Positions 11,801 to 25,156 of a stretch of 64,000 nucleotides of DNA are shown here, piece by piece. The notes beneath the pieces are model-generated. The model was not told where the DNA came from, did no database searches, and saw nothing but the letters and a program-made list of their open reading frames with translations. A program made the position numbers and the translations under genes. Each line of letters opens with the position of its first letter. The stretch's first letter is position 1. Source of the stretch: Octopus sinensis (Eukaryota); contig NC_043020.1 of NCBI RefSeq assembly GCF_006345805.1, forward strand, positions 21,142,001 through 21,206,000. The letters run 5' to 3'.

Positions 11801-12870
11801 ACCAAAGGAATTCTCATGGACATAAGATGCTCGTTAATTCCGACTGGGAATTCTTCCAACTTGTCTACAAGAGTAGTCTTAACAGCAAATGCCACTCCCG
11901 CCTCTCCTCTAAACTCTTCATTCCTCCCTTTCCAAAAGAATGTATATTTTCCACAAGATTCTGTAAGATGACCATCTCCAGGTAATCTCGTCTCAGATAA
12001 AGCAACGATGTCAAGATCATAGCGTTGAAGCTCATTCGCAACAAACGCAGTCCTTCTTTCAGGACATTCAGAGGACTTGCGGCCAAGCAGTGTCCATACA
12101 TTCCAACAGCCAATATTCACTATTGTCTTTGGTTCTATCACAGTAGCATGATGACAGCCGGGTTCAGACTGTGATGCTCTGGAGCCCCTGCCAGGCCAGA
12201 CTCTTTCAGCTGATGTGGTTCCAGAGTCCTTACTGCCATTTATTTTTATACTGTTTTGGTACATCATTGATTTTCTGCTTTTTAAGGCTACAGCCAGCCA
12301 TTCAGTTGAGACTCACAGTGCCATCAACAATCATGAATTAGTTAATCAATTTAATCAATCAATAAAAGTTGTTATCATGCAATGCCTGTGCAAGAAGATT
12401 TTTTTTAAAGTGAAGAAAGGTTGTGCACTGACTCAATCCCACTCACTAAGCAACAGCAGCCATAATCCGAAAAGAAGAACAAGTCAACATCATCCGTAAC
12501 CACTGAGCCGCAGGTTTTATGTCGGAGTTATCCCAGTTACCTGAGTTACCTTCTCCTAGAAGGATGACCTAACAAAGGCTAGGAGTCCTTCACTCCCAAT
12601 GGTTTAACCACGCGATCGGGTATTCAGTCCGATTATTTCTATGTCCCTGCACATGATACAGCCTTAAGACATTTATTGGATGGCCGTTGACTCTGAAGAG
12701 TTCCTCCACCCTTTGACGGGTTTTGTTTTTCATCCCGCAGGGTGTCCAATAAACACCCTCCTCACCAAGCAAGCTGGGTGGGGTTGCCGGATTAAGTCGC
12801 CGACGACCTGACCATGCAACAGGTTGTACTGGGTTACATGTTACCAGTAGCACTCAAAAGTGACCTGACA
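8822..12870 (-). mobile_element. Near full-length RTE-clade LINE (APE + RT + C-terminal C2H2 fingers), frameshifted
   Basis: ORF 11008-12267 is APE (GCWNV, SETR, VYAPT, GDFNAR, LDYIL, TDH). ORF 10099-10932 is RT (NYRGI, ESQSGFR, FVDLTKAFD). ORF 9274-10029 carries FVYLGS and RLRWSGH. C2H2 fingers lie at about 8878-9186, and the 5' UTR runs to about 12870. Confidence 0.92.
12787..12865 (-). ncRNA. Candidate HDV-like ribozyme at the RTE 5' end
   Basis: Minus strand: P1 GGTCAC/ATGGTC, P2 CCAGT, P3-L3 ACA-ACCTGT-TGC, GG, P4 TCG-TCGG-CGA, J4/2 CTTAA. The 3' strand of P2 is degraded in this copy. Confidence 0.45.
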
Positions 12871-12912
12871 TAGATATACATACATACATACATATATATA
12901 TATGTATGTATG

Positions 12913-12987
<75 letters not shown>

Positions 12988-13269
12988 TATATACATGCAC
13001 ATACTCATATGTGCGTGCATATACACACTCATAACACACATATACTCACAAACACACGTACACACACACATACACACGCATGCTAAAATACACATACACC
13101 TACACATACGTACATACATATTAATCTTTGTACACTCATATGATTATATATAACTACATATATGTATTTCAGTATCATGCATCTCAACATGTATGTATGA
13201 ATTTCTACATGTTAAATGAGAGAAAGGGGTGATTATAGATGAGTACTCCTGAGTGGAATCTGGGAGTTA

Positions 13270-15730
13270 CCCCATTTGGATTTACAGTTGAGGGTGGGTT
13301 TGTATCCCTGTATACAGACAGCTTCAGTGACTTGTCTCAGCATTGCATCATTGGGATGTGTAGACAGAATGTCTAACCTAAGCCTTTCTAAGGAGCCATT
13401 GTGGCAATCTACAGTATGCTGATAGAAGAAGGATTTTTTTTTTTATTATTATTGGGTGGAGGATGAGTTCTCAATATAGCTGTCCAGGTGTTCTTCGAAC
13501 CTATCCTTGATACTCTTAGAAGTTTCACCAATATATGACTCTGGGATAATCACGCAAGACCCTTCTTGGCACTTTATCTGGTATACAGAGTTTTTCTTTT
13601 TGCAGTTCATATGTGAGTTTGTAGAACATACTGCACAGCTATTTTGACACGTGATTTTATCAAATGGGTATAACTTACTTAATACAGATCTGATAATCCT
13701 ACCTGTCTTTTCTACAACCTTGATTTTAAAGCCAGTTGTGTGCAGGATTTTCTTAAATGCCCTACTTAATTTGTTCCTAGGTGTAGCATCAACAAACATT
13801 ACACTGTGAAACTTCTTGTTATCATACCAAGTATTATTTCTATTTCTTTTGTTGGGTCCCTCTCCAACTTATTCCAGAACTTGTTGCAGAATATGCCGTT
13901 TTTATCATCTCTTAGAATGCATTCGAATCTTGTTTTTGCTCCTTTGTACACTCTGATTCTATCATACTGTGTGTAACCGGAACATTGCATTCGGAATATG
14001 TAGTGCTGGATATGTTGCTGTCGTTCTTGTGGTTGGCATTGTAGGGGTTCATTCCTCATTACTCTAACCAAGTCTGCCATGAAGATGAGGATTTTGGTAG
14101 TACTTGACATCGCTGAGTCACTATGGATTACCAGTGGATTAGCCATAGGTTTACAATAGTGTGCAAAGGCACATGGCTTAGTGGTTAGGGCATTCAACTC
14201 ATGATTGTAAGATCGTGAGTTCAATTCCTGGCAACACATTGTGTCCTTGAGCAAGACACTTTATTTCATGTTGTTCCAGTCCACTCAGCTGGTAAAAATG
14301 AGTTGTACCTATATTTCAAAAAACCAGCCTTGTTACATTCTGTGTCATGTTGAATCTCCCTGAGAACTACGTTAGGCGTACACCTGTCAGTGGATTGCTC
14401 AACCACTTGCACGTTAATTTCACGGGCAAGCTTTTCCATTGATCATATCATCTGGGTCCCTTCGTCATCGTAACCAATGGAGTGCTCCTATGTGGAAGCA
14501 CAATGGCCCAGTGATTAGGGCAGCGGACTTGCAGTCGTAGGATTTCAGTTTCAATTCCCAGACTGGGCATTATGAGTTTAACAGTTCCGTTAATCAGTAT
14601 TTTCTATTTGCAGCTCAGTATCTAGGACAGGTAATCTATTTCTGGGGTTTAGAGGGGTCTACAGTAACCTTTATACTGCTATGGATAGAGTCAGCTATGT
14701 GTTGTATAGTTGTCATCATCTGTTCTTTATTTAGTAGAACGTCCATATGTGTATTACTTTTCACGACAAGGTTAATGTCATCAAATTATCGAGAATACAA
14801 AGCGAAGTGGTATGTCCCATCATACCATGAAGGGGCTAGCAACATCATCAGCGATCCCTACACCAATAGCCTTTCGTCTGTTTATATAGTTTATTATTAA
14901 ACTTTAAAATATGGTTTTTAAGAGTAGTTCTAAGGCTGACACCGATAGCGTATGCGACAGTAATTCTAACGTCATGTACATCTGAAGGTTGGTGGTCTGG
15001 TTTTGTCCAGCCGTGCCAGCATTTACTGTGGGTCTTTTTGTATGCTGAGGTAATAGTAAGTGTTCTACCTCATTTGTTACAGGTGAGACAAGCATATACC
15101 AGTTTATTGTGTGACAGATATTCATTGGTACAAGTTAGGGTCAGGAAGAGGCCTAGTTTATATACATCCACAATTTTAAATATCATATTACTCTCACAAA
15201 TTAACTCTATACATTTTTCAATAGCAAAGTCTACATCAATGGAAGGATATAGTGATAATCACATCCATGCTACCTATGATGTGGTCACTGAGGTTACATG
15301 TGTTACTGTATTCGTGAATCCTGCTAAGTCTTCAGTACTATCGCAAAAATCTGTAAATAACTCTATGAAGGGTTGTAGGAATTGTGAGAGAGAATATGAT
15401 ATTTTGTGGTTGTTAGCATTGTTAGCACCACAAACAGGTCGAGTAGGTGGCCCAAGTACATGAACTAAGTAGCTCTTATGATCTTTCTGAAGGCCATATA
15501 GAGGTGGGATTTCATTGTTGGTGGTTATGAAATTGTTCACTGTACATTTCTCAGACTGGGGAATGATACTCCACATCCTCGTGTGAGCATTAAGGACTTT
15601 TTCATTTTCAGAGTATTCAAGTGTAGTTGTTCTCTGATGTGTGATTGCATGTTTAAATATAGTTTGATAGGTTGTAAACAGACATTCTACTTGATTTGTC
15701 AGTCAGGAAGCATACAATTTCTCTATCTTT
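13270..15730 (-). mobile_element. Decayed Penelope-like element (RT + C-terminal GIY-YIG) interrupted by SINEs
   Basis: IPPLYGLQKDHK...PPTRPVCGAN (15274-15576), HYCKPMANP...ADLVRVMRN (13799-14254) and C-x2-C...VYQIKC...YIGETSKSIKDRFEEH (13449-13799). Confidence 0.85.
14168..14580 (+). mobile_element. tRNA-derived SINE plus a partial second head, inserted in the PLE (related copy at 15745-16030)
   Basis: A-box TGGCTTAGTGG, B-box-like GAGTTCAATTCC and CORE-like GTGTCCTTGAGCAAGACACTT. Confidence 0.7.
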
Positions 15731-18575
15731 GATATATATATATAGTGGTTAGGGTGTTGTACTCACGATTGTGAATTCAGTTCCTAGACTGGGTGGTGCA
15801 TTGTGTTCTTGAGTAAAACACTTCATCTCACATCTCACATCTCACATTGCTCTGCGATCACTTTGATACCTGACACGTAGCACACAGCACACCTGTTCAG
15901 ACAACATCGATTTGATGGCAGGAGTGAACTAATGTATGGTACAAACATTTGATCACTATAAACAAATCATTTGTGCAGATTGTTCAGCAAAAAACTGAAC
16001 GCTCATACGCTGTCTTCAACAGGAGAGTCCACCATATATGTATCTGAGTTCAGACATGGCAGTATGGTTAAAAATTTTGCAATTTGCTATAATAATACTG
16101 AATCGAAGTAATATGGATTATAACTATAGTGGATTAAAATTATCTTGGATTACAATAATTCAACACAATTAACTGAAGTTGTTCTCAATTGTAACATAGC
16201 AATACTGAATTTTAGCAATAATAGGTTAGAAAATTGGATTTTACTCATACAAGATTATGATTAAACAAAATTAATGTTACACTGTATTATAATTAGAATT
16301 AACGAATACTACATTATAATTGTACTGATGTATAGTAATACTGTATACTAGAATATAATATTGCTGGGCTAAAGTTATATTAAAGATTTAAACCATCAAT
16401 ATAAATGGCTACATGTGCTGCTATGTTATTTTTCACATATGTGATACTATATGTATGGTGCTGTATGAGTTTTATAAAGTGACTAAATACATAAATGTAA
16501 ATGTTGGATTATTAATGTGGTGTGTGTGTGTGTGTGTGTGCATGTGCGTGCATATATGTGTGTCTGTGTGTATATCTGCATGTGTTAAAAAAAGAAGGTA
16601 CTTCCAATTTTTGCTGTTAAACCCCTGAAAAATACGCAGCAAAGTGAGAAATTACCAAATGTATTTATCTCCATATAAACACATTCAACGTACCAAAGAT
16701 AACAACAACATGCATACTCGCATGCATATATAAATGCTCATAAATAATGTATGCATATGCACACACATATATGGACACCTACACACACTTACATACATAT
16801 ACATTTTACATATCTCAAATTTCCAGACATGGGTGTTGCTCTCCATTCTTGTGTTTATAATCTGTTTTCATTTGAAATTTCAGTATATTTAACAGGAAAG
16901 TACTTTCTCTGGTTTGTTGTATTTTGATTCACAGACTTTTTCTTGTGTGCTGGATTTCTCAAGTCTTCTGTCTGTTCATGTGTATGTGTGTGTGTGTGTG
17001 TGTGTGTATTCGTGAGTTGTTGCTTAGTCCCAGTTCAACTCTGATAGAGCAGACCTACAGTCAAAAACACTTCAACCATGACCACCTCATCTTTTATCCA
17101 GGCATAGAATGTATAGAGCTATATTAATCAATTTGTACTTCTTCTTTTAAGACTGATGAGCATAACAGTAATTTGATGGAGATTTGGCTATTCCTTGAAG
17201 GTTGAGTACAATATTTCTTGTAGGTTAAGAGCAGTAGTGGGGAAACCCTCACCTATATTCAAATATGAAACTTTCTGCTGATGAAGTCTCTAAAAATAAC
17301 CAGTTTAAGCTCGAAGAACAAAACAGTAATTTAATACATGTGACCCTAGCTATGAATTTCTAAAACTAAAGATTTCAGTATTTATCTCAACACAAATGCA
17401 TTGCTAGAGTTTCACGTACATTTTCAATTCGTCTCTTTTGATGCTTAAGTAGATATCTTAACCATTGTGCAGAGGCTCCTATCACCCACCCACCCCTTTC
17501 TCACACCCTTTGCATCATACACCCCTTTATCACTCATCTTTCTGTCACCAATGTCCCCTGTGCCTTTTTATTTCTCAAGCTTTACAAACCTATTGCTCAT
17601 CACTCAGTCACACCCACTTCTCAATCTCACTCTACCACTGGTAGGACTAAAGAAGGCAGTAGATCCCTTCTGTCCACTGCATTGCTTCTTGTTTAACTAA
17701 GAATTCTACTATACCTCTCTGACCATCTAACTCCCTCATCAAGTCTTGTTTAATGCTGTTCACTAATACAGGAACTCAGTAGCTTTTCATTCCCCCACCA
17801 CCTGATCTCTCTGGCCTATCTCAAAGTGTAAGTATAGGGAGGCTATATTGGACCAACTGTGCCCAGTACACTCTTCCTTCACCTTCCTCCCTTGTGCTAA
17901 ATGTCTTCACTCTGTTTCATTCAGCCTGTCATCATACTCTTGCTTCATCTCTTTCCACATCTTGGGTCTCTGTCATGTTCTATCTCCCACGTCACATTAC
18001 CTTCTGTCACATTGCCTTCAATATACATTAGCTAACTCGAAATACTGAGTGCTCCTATCACTCTCTTATCACAATCTTTCATGCTTCTCACTCTGAGGCT
18101 GGTAAGTAAGCAGAGACATGTGCCAAGGAGATGGTTACCTCTCAAGTGCCATGAAAATGCACCTAGTACGCTCTGTAAAGATAGACATTGATACAGATAC
18201 TGACTAATATTTTAATATAAATGATATAAGACAATACAAATACCAATTAGACACAAAAAAAGAACAGGTCCTCTGTTGGGTGCTGGACCTCATATTCTAC
18301 ACACATACCATACTCAATTAAATTAGATTATATGGTAACAGATGGGATGGTCACAGATGGAATGTCTTTCATTATAAGCCCTCTAGATCAAAACAACAAC
18401 ATTATGTGACTAAAAGTTGATGGTGATGAAGACTGAGGAGCAATATTTTAATACGCAATGGATAGATTATATTACTGTTATTTAACCCTAGGTCAACTTT
18501 AATTGAGAAGACTTTAGATCAAAAGCATTTCAGTCATGATCATCAAGTATATATATATGTATATATTATTTATTT

Positions 18576-19583
18576 ATTTAAAAGTTACAATACATGTATT
18601 AAAGTGCTAATAATAGTTTCATATGTTGAGAAAACTCAAACATATTCTTCAGGTGCAAGCCACATATCATAATGAACTAAAGAAAGTGAATAATAGAAAA
18701 AACGTGAAAAAATTTAGAAGGCAGCATATAGAAAACGCAGACAATAAACAATGGAAAATGGAAAAGGGAAAACAAAAAGCAGAAGCTAAAATATAAAAAA
18801 TAAAAAGTAAAACGGTAAAAAAGCTATCCTCCTTCGACCTTAAATGATAAGGCTGAAAAGATATCAAGTCAGTCAGGAATAGGTGGAATTTTTCAATTCT
18901 TCAAAATATATTTATACATATGATTGCAACTACTGAAAATTTCTGACTTGGAGTTCAATAGAGAGTTAGGGATCTTAGGTCTGAACAGGATCTGTGCTTT
19001 TTCAGCCAAGCAAAGTCTACATTTATTCAATCCATTTACATAAGGAATGAGTTTCCATTTAATTATATGCTGTGTTTCATTATCTTTTAAAGTCCATGCG
19101 TTGCTAGCCAACTTAATAGATTTACTTTTGTCCCTAAGTCAGAAGGAGGCCATGTGGTTGGCATAGCAATTTTAAAATTCACCTTCACATAATCCAGTAT
19201 AGGTCTTCTTATCAGTTGTATTATTTTTATGGATTCATTAGCTTCTGCTAATGATAGATTTATTCAAACATAGTTATGTATATAATCACTCTAGTAATAA
19301 TCAGGATAATATGAAAGCTGAAAATAGGCCAAGGAAAGTTATTTGGTTCGCCCCTCCCTTTTCCCTTATTATAAAAACTAACATTGGTAAAAGATTCCTG
19401 TTTCACCTAGACAAACACTTTCTAGCCACTCACAGATACAAGAAAATATTTAGTAGGCATTCTATGAAATTATCATATAGCTGCTGCCCCAATATGAAGA
19501 GTATCATTACACATGGTCAATACCAAGAACCTGAATCCAGTTACAACTGTCACAACCCAGGATCCTGTCCACTTGACCAATGA
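18576..19583. mobile_element. PLE 3' fragment with an internal inversion and a degenerate hammerhead
   Basis: GIY-YIG C-terminus on - (18893-19210, CRLCLAEK...LNSKSE...CNH) and the RT-EN linker on + (19251-19583, RKVIWFAPPFS...SYSCCPN...CPL). CTGAAGA...GAAAC on - at 18604-18657. Confidence 0.8.
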
Positions 19584-19702
19584 ATTTGATATATGTGTTT
19601 TTTCTTAGTAATTATTGTGATTAGTGATTTTAACATTACTGGCATAAACAGTTCTGTGAGATCAACAATAATAATACTTGAAGTAGAAAACATAAAAACA
19701 AG

Positions 19703-20194
19703 TTATGATAAATCTTTATAAACAACATTATGAGTTTTTCCCACTGGAGTATAAATGAAAAGATTTTTTGAACTTCCAACATGTGAGCATCCAACATATA
19801 TTTGTCCATGGCAGTAGCAAGGCTCCTTTAATTGCAAACCAGTTACTGATAGTGTCTGTTCTTGTGATTTGTTAATGGACCTTACAAACCTTAGTCTAAT
19901 TGGAAACTGTACTCTTTTGAATTGTACTAGTAAATCAGCAGGTATTAATGGAATTTTAGTAATGAATACATTATTGCCTGCTCCACAGCCAGAGAGTAGA
20001 GTAGCTGCTATAACATGCGGCATAATTTTCTTCACAATAAGTCTTACTCCATTGCAAAATTTTGGAGAATCTAAATTTCTTGGAATTATTATTGGTTTCA
20101 AGTGAAGCTTATGAGGAGGTAAATGTGGTGGTTCCAGTGAGTTGAAAAATTTAATTTGATAATTTACTATTCCTGATTGGTCAATAGGTGTCAA
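19703..20194 (-). mobile_element. Helitron PIF1-helicase C-terminal relic
   Basis: LPPHKLHLK...RNLD...CNGVRLIV...FKRVQFPIRL...SINKSQEQTL...HGQIYVGCSHV...NVVYK. Confidence 0.85.
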
Positions 20195-20231
20195 TAGAGC
20201 TGTATGATTGGCAATTTCCTATGTATATATT

Positions 20232-20742
20232 CCTTTATTTGTTTCAGTCATTTGATTGTGGCCATGCTGGAGCTCCACCTTGAAGGATTTTAGTTGAATA
20301 ATTTGACCCCAGAACTTAATTTTTAAGCCTAGTATTTACTCTACCAGTCAAACTGCTAAGTTATGGAGACCCAAACATACTGAAACTGGTTGTCAAACGA
20401 TGATGGAGGGACAAACATGAACACAAAGACACACACACATAAATATATACATATGTATTAGAAGAAATGAGGTACTCAGAAATCCAGATGGTTTTATATT
20501 TACAGATATTTATTAGTATGTTACATGATTTTATACATCATATATCATATATTAGTGCTTTCGTCCATTCTTCAAATTGAACATATGTATATATACAACA
20601 GGCTTCTTTAAGTTTCCATATACCAAATCCACTCACAAAGATTTGGTTGGCCCAAGAATATAGCAGAAGACATTTGTCCAAGGTGCCATCCAGTGTGACC
20701 GAACCTGGGACCAAATACTCAGGAAGTAAGCTTCTCACCACA
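20232..20742 (-). mobile_element. tRNA-derived SINE (main family)
   Basis: Reverse complement of the family at 25157-25605. Confidence 0.75.
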
Positions 20743-21199
20743 CATATTTAAATAAAGGATGCAAATAAGATATCTATTACTAAAAGGGGTATATACAGAG
20801 TGTGTATGCAACTTTGTATAATGGAGGGTATCAACAAATTTGGATAGCTGAGTATGTATAAAAGTTTGTATGGTTGAAGATGTGTAAATATTTGTATAAC
20901 TGATGATGTATATAAATTTATATAATTGGGTCTGTATACGTGTTCATATATTTATATATATCATATATCTATATATATATGCATATATATACATACATAT
21001 ATGTACATACTTAAATATATGATATATGGGTACAGGATGTCACAAAACATAAACAACATGAAATGCAAATGCAAACTTGGGTATGCAAACAATGAGAGAA
21101 ACAAATGGAAAACAAGACAGACAATATAAAGAATGACCCTTCATCAGTTGTTGGCTGTTCATTTATTCCACGTTTTGAGTAATTAACGATCACATTCAG

Positions 21200-22371
21200 A
21201 AGGTACTTTTTACATGCCACCGGCATGGGGAACCAGTAACGCAGCACTGGCAACGACCCACGCATGAATGATGCTTATTGCGTGCCACCAGCACGGGAGC
21301 CAGTCAGGCAGCACTGGTATTGGCCACAACTACAATTTCCATTTGATTGTGATTTGATTTGATTTGATTTTGATTTTGATTTACTTGACTCAATAGATCT
21401 CCTCAAGCATGTCGCCTGACAATTCAAAGGTACTTTTTAAATGGGATGGTTATGCAACACTGGTGTAGGCTATGGCTGTGATCTCACTTTCCTTGCTGGG
21501 TCTTCTCAATAACAGTATATCTCCAGAGGGCTTGGTCTTTCGTCATTGCCTCTGTTAGGCCCAACATTCGAAGGTAGTGCTTCACCACCTCATCCCATGT
21601 CTTCCTGGGTCTCCCTCTTCCATGGGTTACTTCCACTGTTAGGGAGTGACACTTCACATAGCTCTCCTCACCCATACACAGCACGTGACCCTACCAGCAC
21701 AGTCATCTCTCTTGCACACCACATCTGATGCTTTTTATGTCCAATATTTCTCTCAGGGCACTTACACTCTGCCGTGTGTACACACTGACATTACACATCA
21801 GTAGATCATACTAGCTTCATTTCTTTTGAGCTTACGCATGTCTTCAGCAGTCACGGCCCATGTTTCACTGCTGTGTAGCATGGCAGTTTGCACACATGCA
21901 TCATACAATCTACCTTTCACTCTGAGCGAGAGGCCCTTTGTCACCAAAAGAGGTAGGAGCTTTCTGAACTTTGCCCAGGGTATTCTTATTCTAGTGGCAG
22001 TGTTCTCTGATCATCCACCCCCACTATTAACTTGGTCATCTAGGTAGTGGAAGCTATCAACTACTTCTAGTTTCTCCCCCTGGCATGTGATGAAATCAGT
22101 TTTCTGAGCATCTGCAGTGTTTGTTGCTCCTGTGAATCTGCCACACACAAAAGCTATCTTCCCAGTTAACCTTCCTTTGATGTTGCTGCACTTCTTGTGT
22201 GTCCATAGCTTACAATGGGTACATCTTATGGAGTTTCTACCTCCTTTTTTCTACAGATTGTGCAGGGCTGTCTACCTGAAGGGGTTTGTGATGTGTCCGC
22301 CTTCCTACTTACTAGGATTTTAGTTTTTGCAACATTGACTCTAAGGCCCTTCGATTCTAAACCTTGCTTCC
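21200..22371 (-). mobile_element. 5'-truncated RTE LINE (PHD-containing family)
   Basis: GRGRPRKTWDEVVKH; homologous to 39480-40390. Confidence 0.85.
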
Positions 22372-22411
22372 GTGTGTGTGTGTGAGAATTTAAAATTGCA
22401 AGTGAGCAAGA

Positions 22412-22635
22412 AATTATGTTATGAGCTTCATTAGCTCACAGCTGTTTTTGCTATAAGATGCACTCATAGTTGAGTGCTTATGTATCACACTATTGCTTCA
22501 TTGAACCTTCAAAACTGAGCTTCATTTTTTGAAGCTCCAATAAAGTTATAGCTTCATGCTTAAGCATTCAATTATGAGTGCATTGCATCTTATAGCAGAA
22601 ACAGCTGTGAGCTAATGAAGTCCATGATATAATTT
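22412..22635. repeat. Short fold-back element
   Basis: About 22412-22480 is inverted to 22561-22635, and it contains GAAACAGCTGT. Confidence 0.7.
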
Positions 22636-22738
22636 ATAATTGTAATTTTAATGTGTTATATCTGCTCTGTATTCAACTGATGCGTTGTTTTGAAGCACAT
22701 GCATATTGAATTCTAACACCAGGTTATTTGTATTGCAA

Positions 22739-22910
22739 AATAATAATAATAATAATAATGATAATAATAATAATAATAATAATGATAATAAGATGAAGAA
22801 GAAGAAGAAGAAGAAGAAGAAGAAGAAGAAGAAGAAGAAGAAGAAGAAGAAGAAGAAGAAGAGAAGAAGAAGAAGAAGGAGAAGAAGAAGAAAAAGAAGA
22901 AGAAGAAGAT
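22739..22910. repeat. Compound (AAT)n-(GAA)n microsatellite
   Basis: Seen directly; it produces the spurious poly-N/K/R ORF. Confidence 0.95.
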
Positions 22911-23149
22911 GACGACAGTATTACAAATATGAGTTAAAAAGTAAGGAATTGGAAAGTAGTAAGACCTGATGGTGTACAGGGATTATGGACAAAACAGTTC
23001 AGCAGATGCCATAAATTGAGCACAGATCAATTTAATGCATTGATCAATGGAGAAAAAGAAATCCTGGGCTAGTTGACAAAAGGATGAACAGTATTGTGTC
23101 TGAAGGATGCATCAAAAGAAAATGCTGCTGACAATTACAGGTAGCTTGA

Positions 23150-24590
23150 TACAAGAGATTGAGACTTTTCCTCAGCTTTTCTCCCAGGTAGAGCTGAATG
23201 ATCTAGTTTGTGACTTGAACCTCCCAAAAAATTCTGCAGAACTATTTGCTTCCTGACTGAAAGAGAAGAACCATCTAGAGAACAATGTCTGTATAACCTT
23301 TTATCAGAGTCGACATGAAGAGTACCTTTCTTTCTTCACAAAAGGGGAAGAGCTGGTTTACTGCAGAGATATCAGTGGGCTTCTTAATAAACTTAGCATT
23401 CAGGACTACAAACCAGAAGAATGATGTATTTTCATAGACAGCTCTAAGCATAGTTTAAAATGTGTATTGTTGCACAACAGAAGTGTGTATGGCACTGTCC
23501 CACTCGGCCACTCAACAACTCTGAAGGAAAAATATGAAGAAATTAGGTTGGTTTTAGAGAAGAAATTATTTCATGATCATAAATGGGTCATCTGCATTGA
23601 CTTAAAGATGGTGAATTTTCTCATGGGACAGCAATCTAGTTATACCAAATACCCACACTTTGTTTGCATGTGGCTCAGTAGAGACTGAGTAAACCACTAT
23701 GTTAAGAAAGACTGGCTGCCTCGAACAAATATAGCTCCATTTAGAACTTCCAATATATTGAAAGAACCTTTAGTTGACCGAGATCATTCCACCCCCTTTG
23801 CACATCAAAATCGGATTGATCAAGCAATTTGTCAAAGCTCTGGATAAAAATGGGGAGTGCTTCAAGTATATCTGCAGTGTATTTCTAGACTTGACAACTG
23901 AAAAACTTAAAGCTGGGATTTTTGATGGACCACAGATCCGTAAGCTCTTGAAGGACACAAATTTCATGAAAATGAGCAAAAATGAAGCATCATCTTGGCT
24001 AGCCTTTGCAAAAGTAGTACAAAATTTCCTTGGGAAACACAAAAGTGAAAACTATAAAGACCTTGTTACCAACTTGATATCAGCTTTTCGTGATGTTGGC
24101 GCGAATATGAGCATCAAAATGCATTATCTTTTTAGTCATCTTGATAATTTTCCTGGAAATCTTGGAGATATTAGCGATGAACAAGGTGAACGATTCCATC
24201 AGGACATCAAGATGAAAACTCGGTACCAAGGATGTTGGGATGCTGTGATGATGACAGATTCTTGCTGGTGTTTAAAACAAGATACTCATGTAGCTCAACA
24301 TTCACAGTGCACAAAGAAGCGGAAATTTATTCCTTGAATTTTCTGCCCAAAATTTTTGCCAATCTGCATTTTCAATTTTGAGTTTTTATTTGTACTTTGG
24401 TTTGTTTTGTATTATATGCTCTCTTTGTTGATTCTTGTATGAATAAAATACTTACTCTGTCTGGTCTAGTCAGAAAACTAGACCTGATAGAGAAAATCTG
24501 AAGTTATTTTGAATTTATCTGGCAAAATCACTTAGGAATTTGTTGAAATAGTCCAGGCACCAGACAAAAACAGTTTTGTGTTGCCCAGTG
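23150..24590 (+). mobile_element. Chapaev3-like (CMC) DNA transposon, 3' part
   Basis: PPLHIKIGLIKQFVKAL...KLKAGIFDGPQIR...MSIKMHYL.SHLD.FP.NLG..SDEQGERFHQDI. The terminus TGTTGCCCAGTG is followed by TAA (TWA-type target). Confidence 0.7.
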
Positions 24591-25156
24591 TAATAATATA
24601 GGAGTGGCTGTGCGGTTAGAAACTTGCTTCCCAACCCCATAGTTCTGGATTCAGTCATACTACATGGCACCTTGGGCAAATGCCTCAGGCTGACCAAAGC
24701 CTTGTGAGTGGATTTGGTAACGGAAACTGAAAGAAGCACATAAGCACTCAATAAATTAAAAGTAGCCCTCAAACCTACCTCCAGTTGCACCCTAACATTT
24801 TAAAAAGGAAAAGCAAAAAAAAAAAACCATATTGGCTAATGTGACTGGTTGTAAATAAAATGTGTCTGAAATAGTCAAAATTAAAAAAAAAGCAGGATAG
24901 GATGAGCATGGCATGAGAGTATTTTGATTATATCCCTTCAATTATGGCTGGCTTGGAGCTAAATAACAACAGCAGCAGCAGTAATAACCTCATCAGTTGT
25001 CATTTGATGACAATTTTATCTAACAGGGTAATTAAAGGATAGGATTTCATGGTTATAATAAAAAATGCTGTGACAACCCACAGAAATCTCTTTAACGGTA
25101 ATTAAAATTAGCAATGCATATGTATACATATATTTTATCTAGCGTTAATTCCTCAG

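Noticed and set aside
17276-17330. CTGATGA followed by an A-rich segment
   Set aside because: No stem II or GAAA geometry.
19703-20194. Host PIF1 helicase gene
   Set aside because: It is an intronless C-terminal fragment with degenerate motifs (KSQEQ, CSHV), typical of a Helitron relic.
21135-21180. GAAAC...CTGATGA-like order on the minus strand (also 54695-54735), a possible type II hammerhead
   Set aside because: Stems I and III and the UH site could not be paired convincingly.
22706-22912. Poly-N/K/R protamine-like ORF
   Set aside because: It is an (AAT)n(GAA)n microsatellite with no gene context.
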